Below are positions 51,100 through 61,870 of a stretch of 64,000 nucleotides of DNA, piece after piece. The notes under the pieces are model-generated. The model was given only the letters and a program-made list of their open reading frames with translations, did no database searches and was not told the DNA's origin. The DNA lies in assembly GCF_006345805.1 (NCBI RefSeq), contig NC_042998.1, forward strand, positions 201,562,001 through 201,626,000, written 5' to 3'. Position 1 is the first letter of the stretch, and each line of letters opens with the position of its first letter. Both the position numbers and the translations under genes were made by a program. Source of the stretch: Octopus sinensis. Taxonomy: Eukaryota.

Positions 51100-52363
51100 T
51101 GGAGGTTAGTGTAGTGGCTGGTTTTGACTGTTGCAGGGGGCTTGGATTTTTTGTGTGTGTTAGTGGCAGCAATGGGGAATGGGGAATTGGTGCACTGGGG
51201 TAATAGCATAGGATGGTGTTGAGTGATGGCTAGAATGTTTTTGTGTATCTCTTTTGCCATGTTCAACATGGCTAAAAAAGATTTTCCTGCTTAGGGGGCA
51301 GTTTTTGGCTGGAGGTGTGGTTGCACTGTTGGATAGGGTTGTAGTTTCCACTTTTGTTGTTGTGTTTTGTCTTCCTGAAAAGACTGGACCAGCATTACTG
51401 CAGCATGGTGTGTTTCTATTTTTATTGTTATTCAGGTTTGTGTGTTGGCTTGAGGCCCCGTTTCTGTTTGTGCGTCGGGTCCCTGGAAGATGAGTGAAGG
51501 GACAGTCACTCAGTAGACATGTTCTCTCACGTTGGGAATACCGGCAGATTTTGGGACTCCGAGTTGTGTGTGTTTTGAATTTCGATTACTATTTGGTGGT
51601 GTTGATGTTATTGTGGGATGCGTGCTTTGGCCTTGGCCGGTAGTGCGTCTAGTGCCGGGTAGATGCGTGAAGATGCAGTCACTATTTGTGCAGAGTCTCT
51701 GGCGCAGTGAATAGCGGCATATTTGGGGATTTCTTGTTTGAGCCGTGGGGGGCGCATTCTGCTTCCTATGTTTCTTTAAGTTTTTGTTACTGCAGTAGTA
51801 TTGAGGTGGTGATGTGGGGGAAGAGGGCAGTGGTTTCTTATTTGGTTTTCTGTTGGTATTTTTGGTGATAGAAGACGATGGTGGCAGCGGTGGTGATGAT
51901 GATGATGATAATTGTGGTGGTTGCTGTGAGAGCGGTGAAAAGATACTGGCATTTAGTGAATCGTCTAGTAAGCTAGAGTTGAGGAGTGGCTGTTGTTGTT
52001 CTTGTTGTGCCTGACCGATGTCAGGGTCAGCCATTGTGCTGGGAACCAGGAGTGGCTCATTCTGTTGTTGTTGTTGTTGTGGCTGCTGATTTTCTAGCTG
52101 TTGTTGTTCTTGAACTGTGAAAATATGTAGAAGCTTTTCATAATGGCCTCTTATCAGTTTGAAAGATACTTCGATATGTTTCAACTTGCTACGAATCTGT
52201 TTGACGGATCGTGTGTTGACCACTTGTGATGTTTTTTCGGCAATCTCATTCAAACACAAGACATTTAGATTTTCTGTTTGGGAAAGAGAGAGCCATGTGT
52301 TTATTAAAACATCAATTCGTTATCAGACCAATTTCGTCTGTTGCAGGCCTGCAAGTTAGTCAT
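51100..52363 (-). pseudogene. CR1 ORF1: Myb/SANT-like N-terminus, Q/P/S-rich linker and CCCH zinc finger
   Basis: ATG at 52363 gives MTNLQACNRRNWSDNE, then after a 1-nt shift DVLINTW...NEIAEKTSQVVNTRSVKQIRSKLKHIE. CRYSLRQRLCTNSDCIFTH is C-x8-C-x4-C-x3-H. The 3' end is approximate. Confidence 0.65.
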
Positions 52364-52720
52364 GTTTGTTTTTCTTTTGTTTGTTTTCCTTTTGATTTTT
52401 GAAAATATATATATTCTTTCTTGGGAGTAAAGAAGTGTATATATATAAATGTTCTCTCTTAAGGGTGTGAGTTTTTGATTATTTGGTTGTTTGAGGATAT
52501 TAAAAGAAAAACAGGTGTATATAACAATTTGTAGTTAAATGAAAACGTACTTACGGGTTTGTAGGCAAACACGTGGTTACAAATATATATATATTTAAGG
52601 TCAGTTAGTTTTGAAGCTGTGTAGCTTGCTACTGACTTGGGAGAGAAACAAATAGACGTCCGTCCACTCCAACAGTTAATCCATATATATAATCCATGTA
52701 TATATGTATATAACTATATT

Positions 52721-52777
<57 letters not shown>

Positions 52778-52820
52778 GTATGTATATATGGGCACAGTCA
52801 AATGACTGAAACAAGAGAAT

Positions 52821-53045
52821 TCGAGAGTTGATCAATAAGTATCTGGACTGTTGCCATAATAACGAAGCTAAAGCAAACAGAGTGAAGCTGCTTGGCGTGG
52901 ATTTACCTTAAACGTCACCGTGCATTCGCACTGCGTTTTAACCATCGTCGCATTAACCATGACAGAGAAAGTTGAGCAGGGAATCTGAACAAATTTTGCC
53001 AAAATCTTGACCTTACCTGCTTAGAGGCCTACGGAAAATTTTCAA
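52821..53045 (+). mobile_element. Mariner 5' end (TIR and transposase start)
   Basis: TCGAGAGTTGATCAATAAGTATCTGGACT is TIR-like; ATG at 52959 gives MTEKVEQGI...FCQNL (frameshifted). Confidence 0.7.
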
Positions 53046-53420
53046 AACGTTTTCACCGTTTTCGACACAATATAGGAGGTCTTCTGCAACTGAAACCCGA
53101 GTGTCTTTTGGGTCAGACGTAAGGCGTTTTCGCAGAAACTTGGCAGACACGAACTGATACAAAATTCGTCAGTGATGATGGAATGAATTGAACCGTAACT
53201 AATCTCCACAGCCTCTGATATCTCACGGATGGTGATTCACATAGTTCCTCTCACAGCTTCCCGCATATCTGCAATGTTTTACTCAGTTCTTCTGGTTGCG
53301 AGTCTCCCACAACGTTCACCAATATCGACATTCTTTCGGCCGTCTTGAAAAAGTCTGAACCACTCGTACACCAGTGTGCGGTTCATACACATTCTTAATC
53401 TTTGTGCAGGCCCCTGAGCA
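53045..53420 (-). mobile_element. Mariner transposase segment in inverted orientation
   Basis: CMNRTLVYEWFRLFQDGRKNVDIGERCGR...ITIREISEAVEISYGSIHSIITDEF...VSAKF. Confidence 0.8.
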
Positions 53421-54372
53421 AGTATCGCCATGACAACCATTAACATGTATTGCCATTTAAACATGGTTGCCATGTCTAGTGGACGTGCGTCCAATATCTA
53501 GCTTGATCACAAGGTGCTCGAAACTATACGGTCTGGGAGTCGCGCGGCTGGAAGATGCAGGTTCATTACCTGCATCTTGCAGCAAGTAATGAACGTTATG
53601 CGCGCTATGTATATCGAATGCAGATTGCATTGAATAACACTCTGGAGGAAACGTTCTCATGAGATTAAAAATAGCATTAACCTTCCTTCCTACGGAACAG
53701 TCATGTTTGAGTTAGGATAAAAATTATTTCTCAGTATAGTTGCTGCTTTCCTCTTTTGCAGAGATTTTCTAACTAACTAATTTATTTGTTGCAAAATCAG
53801 TCACTCTGTCATTATTTTTCTATATATTGTGAGCTGGATGGAACTACTGATATCTTTAATGGATGACTATCCATGACTGAGGTTGACCATAAATAAGTGG
53901 AAACAGTATGGTCGGGTGGCCTGGTTGCTGGAAGATGGTAGCGGCTTACTCCACTGCAAGATCAGAGATGACGGAGAAATGTGAGAGAGATAAAATAATG
54001 AGGAAAGAAAGCAAAGTGAAGAATAAAACACAATGATTAAAGAATTTGGGAGACTTTTCCAGATGAAAGTTTTAATCACAATGACTACTTGTAGAAGGGG
54101 AGTGAGTACCATATGCTTGTGTTTGTCTCTGTGCTGATAAAAATAGTAACAACAGCCATAAAAGTTGCGTGATGATAGATACTACATAGGGACTTCTAAT
54201 GGTCATATATTTCAGAATTCATACTTAAAATACGGACATCTGAATACATATGTGTGTGTGTTTGTGCGCGCTCGTGCGTATACACATATACGTATATAAA
54301 CATATATAAGCGCATATACATATAGATAATAACACACATGCATACATATATAAATATGTACATAAACGCACG

Positions 54373-54419
<47 letters not shown>

Positions 54420-54508
54420 TATATGTAAATTTATACACATACCTATGCCTACATACAGACATGCCTATATATACATACATACATAAACATAGATAGATAC
54501 AGACATAT

Positions 54509-54553
<45 letters not shown>

Positions 54554-55182
54554 CACACAAACATTGTGAGATATATCATTACATCTATAGAAATGACTAT
54601 GGTATGGTGGTGTATATATATATAGAAATGGTAAAATATGGCTACCAGTAACAATGAGGGATATTAGAGAAATACAAAGATGACACAAATTGAAGGCAAG
54701 AAATGAATTGTTTAAGAATGGAAGTCTCATATATTAGTCGTGTAAACATTCAGAGATTGTTGTTTCGGTGAATGTAATTAATCTATAATGAAGATCCGGT
54801 TTATAAGACAGTCTGCATGTTCTGAGAATTTTATGGTTTCAATTGATTATCAGTTCATTTCGGTTGTTCAGAACGTGTGTCTGCGACAGAAAGATTTGGT
54901 TTGCATCCCGTGTGAATAATTGGCATGACATTCTTTCTCTTGTGTTCGCCGTTGCATACATCTCTACGCTGCATTGCCGCGAGTATGAGGACTTTTGTAT
55001 TTTCAGCGGCCATATGTACTCAGTGAGTGGGGACGAATAGACCCACTTTCGGTTTATAGATAAGTGGACGTGTGTAATAGTGCTTTCTATAAGTATTGGC
55101 CATGGTCTGTATGTGTGGTTGCACTTGTGACGAGCTGTCACCAGTAAAAAAATGTTTTTGGTGTGACAGATTCCATCGAATG

Positions 55183-55490
55183 TCACTTCGTAGTTTTCGT
55201 CGTAGAGGCACCATCAGGAGTCGTGTTGGGTTTGTTGGCGTCAGGCGTTTGTTTGGGGTCACCTGTCGAAAATGTTATTTCAGCTGAAATAGAATGTTTG
55301 CTGTTAGGGCAGCCGGTTATGTTCGAATCAAATTCAGTCGGCTGGGGAAAAGGATCAACAAAGAGCGTCCTATGGTCAAGAATATGAACAGTGTTTCTCT
55401 CAGAATGATCGTTTGTTATCGTATGTTCAGTAATTGCATTAGTTAGTTTGCAGCTATTATACGCTGCAGTATTATCTGCAAGTTTGGATG
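55183..55490 (-). CDS. Candidate terminal coding exon of an unidentified gene (101 codons, S/T/P-rich)
   Basis: Good acceptor TTCTCTTACTCCACAG at 55491-55506 and an open frame SKLADNTAAYNSCKLTNAITEHT...DPKQTPDANKPNTTPDGASTTKTTK* in non-repetitive, more GC-rich DNA. No recognisable homology. Confidence 0.35.
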
Positions 55491-57288
55491 CTGTGGAGTA
55501 AGAGAACCTAATTTTATATTTGTTTCAAACATGTTAATATTAATGGTTCAGTGAAAAGTTAGTTTTAATGGGAGAAGAGGGAATTTTTAATAGGTATTTT
55601 GACCTGGATATTAAAAGGAATATTTACCAGGTGATTCTCTTATTTCAATTTTTAAAAAATTTTCTCTTTTAATTCTAGTGTTATTCGAGGAATAATTAGT
55701 GTTATTCGAATTTCTAATATAGCTAATCCCTGACTGGTAAGGGCTAATTCGAATTGTGTAGGAATGTTTTGTGCGTTTAGGTGTAGACGATTTTGTAGTT
55801 AATTCATACATTTTCCATAGTGTAGAATCCTAATCTGCTTCAGTGTTGGGTTCGATATATAAGGGATCTTCTCAGAATACCCAGTTCTGTATAGTCAGCT
55901 ATATTTTCGAAAAGTTGTTTATTTCGGGATAATTTAGAGGTTTTGATAGAAACACTTCTAACCATTTGTTTTACGATGGATGTTCACTCCTTCGCATTGC
56001 GCTTGTTTACGTGTTTGTTTTTATATACAATGTGCTAAGCGGTTTTTGGGCCACTTACAAGATAAACTACATTTCCATACTTTTTATTTATTTACACGTT
56101 GCCTTTTGTTTCTAAGTTCAGCTGACCAAGAATATTGAAATCTGGACTTTGGTCAATTCCATTACAGGCAATTGTTGGTTGGTCTATACAACATATCAGT
56201 AAGTAGATAATTGTAATTAATTGATGGGTACTTTATTGTGATAAACTATTTATTAGTACTGTTAACGTAATTTTAATAACTATTATGATTACTTCAAAAC
56301 GTTATGGCACTCTCGCTTCCATTTTGTCTAAACCTATTGGTGTATCCCATTATGGTGACTTCTTATTTTCCATTTTTTTTACTTATAAACCCTGTTACCC
56401 TCATAGAAAAAAATAACTCACCAATTAATATTTAAGTTTAGTCAATTACTCAATGTTCTGAAGCGACACATGCAAAATGGCATGATTTAAATATATTAAG
56501 CCTTCCATCTTCTCAAGGCTCTTATTCCTTTCTTTTCTCTTCTTTTCTTTTATTTATTTTTACTCACTCTGATGCGGCTCCATGTTCTAGATCGGATGTG
56601 TTACCAAATATGATGAATATTATTTTCAGAATTTTCAATGGCAGTAACGTAGAACGTTGGAAGCAGAAACAGATGATAGATGGGATACAAATTATTTGTT
56701 TTAAAAACATAATAATTGATGTTAGTCAAATGTCATTAATCAATATTTCTCCATTTTCTGTTTACGTTATATATAACGGATGTGGATGTCTGAAACACAT
56801 TCTATTCCACGCACCTGCGTTTTGCGCACGTTATTCAACTCGGAGTTAAGTGATATGTAATAGAGTGATAATGTCTGAGAGATAGAAAAATATGTCATCC
56901 ACAATTTACCTCCAGTATGAAAAACTGAATAATATAGAAATACAGAAAAAACAAATAATCTATGGAATTTAGATTTTACAGTTATGAGAATTTCATAACG
57001 TGAAACGCTTTATAAGTGTGATTTCCAAAATAAACTGCAACTGTACTTCCTCCTCTGAAGTTTGGCACCTCTTTCTTTTCTCAATGCAGTGTGTTGATTT
57101 CTCAGTTCCTTTTGCCTGCTTCTATGTCTCCCTCCCAATATGCATTCATAACACTCTTTTCTCTCGATTTCCATATGTTCTCTTTTTTTGGAAGAAAAAT
57201 TTATAGATATAATCGCTATAACGAATATTTCGCCACTCAGAATATTCTCAAGCTGACTATCGGAAAGATTATAATTAAGTAGACTCAC

Positions 57289-57344
57289 TTTCAGATTTCT
57301 CTTCTTCTGAACCTTTGAGCATTTCCTTCTACCGGAAACAGCCG
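57289..57344 (-). other. Candidate 56-nt exon
   Basis: TTTTTCTCTATAG acceptor and AAA|GTGAGT donor on the minus strand. Confidence 0.25.
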
Positions 57345-58759
57345 CTATAGAGAAAAATCCGGAAAGTCTTCAGGCAGGATATATGAGAGCGATTCTTGTT
57401 AGTCAGGCTGTTATCATACAAAATGATACTTCTATATTTTATTTTCCTAACATTTTAAGCATACTTTACTACCTCATTCTATACTACTAATCACATGATC
57501 AGTTTAAAGTTAGTTTCTTATAAATGACAACATAAATTTTATTTATCTGCAGATTATACAGTAATATATAATATACACCATTAAGAATATATTTATTCAA
57601 CAATATGTAGCAAAACAATTCATAAGTATTCTAAATATATAATAGTTTTAAAATCGATTCAGCTTAATAACGATGGGAATGTTTTTGATCGCGTACAACT
57701 GTTAAGGATAGAATGAGTAAAACATCAAAAAGGATTAAGGTTTATATATAGAAGTGACGTCCCCAGTTTTTCAAAAGTATAAGGTTAGTGCCAAAACGTA
57801 GCGCTTACGAGATTCGTTTGTTCGTCAGACGACATATATGTGTGACATTTAGTTACGGCCTCATTACCTTTATTATAGCTACTATGTGCAATTTACTCGA
57901 TTCATATAAAACGAATTGAGGCCATACTCGTCGGCGGCCAAACGAGGACCAATAGTGCGCAGTGACATCTGCAATATGTTAGAAAGTAATATTTCTATTA
58001 GCTGCGGTAAACGGTCAGAAATATGTTAAGCTAAGTATTGTAGCGAGGTTTATTGCGGAGGAATAGAGGTGGCATACATAGGCACAGTTTTACGCCCACG
58101 AAGTTAAAATTATCTAATTGCAAAGACTTTTGGCATTGCGTCTGTGGAAAAATTCTATAACCCCCTGGTTTGACACGGAGAATAGGTCGGTTGCATTACG
58201 TATTGGCAATATATTTTAGAGGCATTGAAGTTAAATATGAAAGTCTGTCCGAGATGCGAGAAGATAATTGCATTTTTTCTGCACGGCTTCATTCTATGTC
58301 AGAACTTTGCTAAAGAGTGTTGTTTGTTGATTTCGAATAGCGTGTATGATGAAACCAGATTGTGTTCAACGTAAAATACACCAGTCACTTTTATTAACCA
58401 CCCATGGCAAGTAGATTTCTCCTGTTCGACTGCTAACTTAACAGACACCGAATAATATACACAAGTTCTACTGAAATGGAGATTATACGACTTCTTTTTT
58501 CAGCGGAAAACACATTAAAAGTGAGACGTTCCATTTGTCGAGTGGCTTAAACACTGACAGGAGTATACTGCTTCATAATGTATTTGCGAAAAGAAAGCTT
58601 TATGGCCAGAGAAATTTGACACATGTTCAGCAAGAACCTTAGGCTGCATGGCAAAAATGACACCCTATCCCTTGATAATCGAAATAAGCATAGCAGCCCC
58701 TTTAAGTATACTAGTTTGTTTTATGTATTTGGTACATTTTGTATTCGGTAATCTTTATT

Positions 58760-58890
58760 ATTGCGTGAACCCGGAAGCTGTAAAAAGTGATCCCTTCTTC
58801 GTCACCTGGTGACTAATACAATAATGGCTGCTTTTTTCTGCGTAGGTACTTTTCGGTTGTACTTCTGTCGCCCGCCATGTTGATTTCTAT
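58760..58890. promoter_or_regulatory. Possible promoter (ETS-like CCGGAAG at 58771, YY1-like CGCCATGTTG at 58873)
   Basis: Motif co-occurrence in locally CpG-richer, repeat-poor DNA; short motifs only. Confidence 0.2.
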
Positions 58891-59675
58891 TCCTTTTATT
58901 TCTGTTCCTCGAACACTTTACGGATAATTTATTCGGGATTATTTTATTATTATTCTTTTACATTGTTCTGACGGTAGCCATGAAAAAGATTCGGCATAGA
59001 AGATTTTAGTCTATAATACTGTCTCTACTTACTTTACTCAGAGGCGTATTCTCCGTTGTCAATGAATCATTCGGCTTTCAGAGATAGAACGCGATACACC
59101 GAAAAGATTAATGGCAAACAGGTGTTTTCTGTGCGTACATACAGACATATGGGTATGAGGATTACTCCAACTTCAATGATGATCAAACCCTCCTTCTGTT
59201 TCCTCATTGTCAATGGCATTTCTGACTATCCGTCCATGACCGTAGTGATTATTGTTCAGTAAACACTGCATATTTGCATGGTTTGGAACATTGTTGACAT
59301 ATGGAAATTGCGATTTACCCTACACACGTCACCACCTTTTCAACGTTACGGGACATTAAGCAGAGAGAATGAGAAATGATAGAGAGATATATGTACGTAA
59401 TTGGACTATAAAGATAAAGGCTTGGGCAACACGAGTATCAGTCCAGTAGGCTCCATGATAAGCAACTAACAACAAGTGGATGTGAGAAAAGCAGTGATTA
59501 CTTGAAAGCTCTAATTTTACACCGGAGTGTCCCTATACTCAAAGGAGTTCCCTCCCTTCTAGTGGCTTTACTGTTTCCGGCACGGGGCTTCGGTTCGAGA
59601 GTTCCACTGTTTAAGGAATGTCGAACCATCAATTTGCCACTATTGACCCCAGGCATAGTCTAACCCAGTATTGTA

Positions 59676-59909
59676 GCGGCGAGGCTGGCAGAAACGTTAG
59701 CACGCCGGGCGAAATGCGTAGCCGTAATTCGTCTGCCGTTACGTTGTGAGTTCAAATTCCGCCGAGGTCGACTTTGCCTTTCATCCTTTCGGGGGTCGAT
59801 AAGTTAAGTACCAGTGACGCACTGGGGTCGATGTAATCGACTTAATACCTATATCTGTCTTTGTCCCTTCTATGTTTAGCCCCCTTGTGGTTAATAAAGA
59901 AATAGGTAT
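59676..59909 (+). mobile_element. SINE family B
   Basis: Full-length copy. Confidence 0.92.
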
Positions 59910-60804
59910 TGTAGCACTCGGGGTTAACTAGCTACGGATAAGACCAGCTGACTGAATACGTTTGTGAATTCTAGTATGTTAAGCTTTATGTGTTTGTACT
60001 CCTACGTATGTGTGAGTATTGTATTGGTTTCATAACTCCACCGTTCAGTAAGATACAAAATTATTCCTAAATCATTTGACCCTAATGAAATTTATAACTT
60101 TCACTTCATTTGCACGTTGAAATTATCTGGCCTTAAAAGGGGCTAGGAGCTATTGTTATCTTGAACATATGGATGTTCGAATAAATTAACTCTAATTACT
60201 CGCTCCTTGATGATGTACAGGCATCAAAGTTGAAGCCAAAATTGATACTTGACATCAGGTTTACGGTTTCTTTGAAAAGTCTGGGATCTTCAAACGGTAG
60301 AAATAGCAATCATCGTAGTACTTACAGTCTGGCCAAATTGTGTTTATTGCAATCTGAATAGATTTTGTTTACACCCAGAAAGACATTTTTTGCTCAAAAC
60401 TCTTCTGGTTTAAGGAATTAAAATCAGATTACTCTCTGTATGCAAATTTCCCTTTCAATGCTACTTATATATGTATCCCCATTGTTATAAAGCTGTAATC
60501 TTTCCACATACGATGTGTTAGCGTTATTGACACACAAGATCATTTATCCGCTAGGGACTAAAATGCAACAAAATGCGAAAACAATATCAAGACCACAAAC
60601 GAGAGTATATTCTAGAAACAAAATACATGACCTATTTAATCTCATTGAAATACATTAATACTTAGTATAGTAAGATTTAAAGGAAATTTTCCTTCTAACG
60701 CTGTCTTTCGGTCATATTTAGTTCCGTAACTGGCCATGTTGGTATTTGCCTGAATAACGGTTGTTAAATAGATTCAGCGAAGGCTTATTAAGTTAATATA
60801 TATA

Positions 60805-61172
60805 TTACTCTTTTACTCTTTTACTTGTTTCAGTCATCTGACTGCAGCCAAATCGACCCCGGACTTATACTTTGTAAGCCCAGTACTTATTCTATCGGTC
60901 TTTTTTGCAGAACCTCTAAGTGACGGGGACGTAAACACACAATGCTAGGGGGACAAACACAGACACACAAGCATACACACATACATATATATATACATAT
61001 ATACATATATACGACAGGCTTCTTTCAGTTTCCGTCTACCAAATCCACTCACAAGGCTTTGGTCGGCCCGGGACTATAGCAGAAGACACATGCCCAAGAT
61101 GCCACGCAGTAGGACTGAACCCGGAACCACGTGGTTGGTTAGCAAGCTACTTACCACACAGCCACTCCTACG

Positions 61173-61175
<3 letters not shown>
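60805..61175 (-). mobile_element. SINE family A with internal deletions
   Basis: Reverse-complement copy, head at 61175. Confidence 0.9.
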
Positions 61176-61219
<44 letters not shown>

Positions 61220-61450
61220 ATGCACATATACATATTGACGGATGTATGTGTGAGTATGTATTCATTTATGTATGTAACGAGTGATGAAGCCTCGCTTATA
61301 TACCTCATATAGATTATGAGACGGTTGTAAAAACAAATGGAATGAACACATATTCTCTAACATTTTTATCTGATCGATTGTAACAATCGATTTAGGTTGC
61401 CTAGGTCAGCATTCTAGACAAACCAATGATCAGAAAATATACAAATACAT

Positions 61451-61870
61451 AGGCGCAGGAGTGGCTGTGTGGTAAGTAGCTTGCCTACCAACCACATGGT
61501 TCCGGGTTCAGTCCCACTGCGTGGCATCTTGGGCAGGTGTCTTCTGCTATAGCCTCGGGCCGACCAAAGCCTTGTGAGTGGATTTGGTAGACGGAAACTG
61601 AAAGAAGCCCGTCGTATATATGTATATATATGTATATATGTATGTGTGTGTATATGTTTGTGTGTCTGTGTTTGTCCCTCTAGCATTGCTTGACAACCTA
61701 TGCTGGTGTGTTTATGTCCCCGTCACCTAGCGGTTCGGCAAAAGAGCGCGATAGAATAAGTACTGGGCTTACAAAGAATAAGTCTCGGGGTCGATTTGCT
61801 CGACTAAAGGCGGTGCTCCAGCATGGCCGCAGTCAAATGACTGAAACAAGTAAAAGACTAAAAGACTAAA
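61451..61870 (+). mobile_element. SINE family A, full length
   Basis: Head at 61451, tail AAAAGACT repeats. Confidence 0.92.

Larger units (their letters stand above)
48078..52640 (-). mobile_element. Near full-length CR1-clade LINE
   Basis: ORF1 and ORF2 (APE-RT), short 3' UTR and (TCAAAGTA)x3 tail at about 48078-48103. The 5' boundary is approximate. Confidence 0.9.

Noticed and set aside
48365-51868. Plus-strand ORFs over the CR1 element
   Set aside because: Antisense shadows of the LINE ORFs.
58806-58878. ATG in strong context (CAACATGGCG) as first coding exon
   Set aside because: The frame closes after 21 codons (MAGDRSYNRKYLRRKKQPLLY*) and the only earlier donor is weak.
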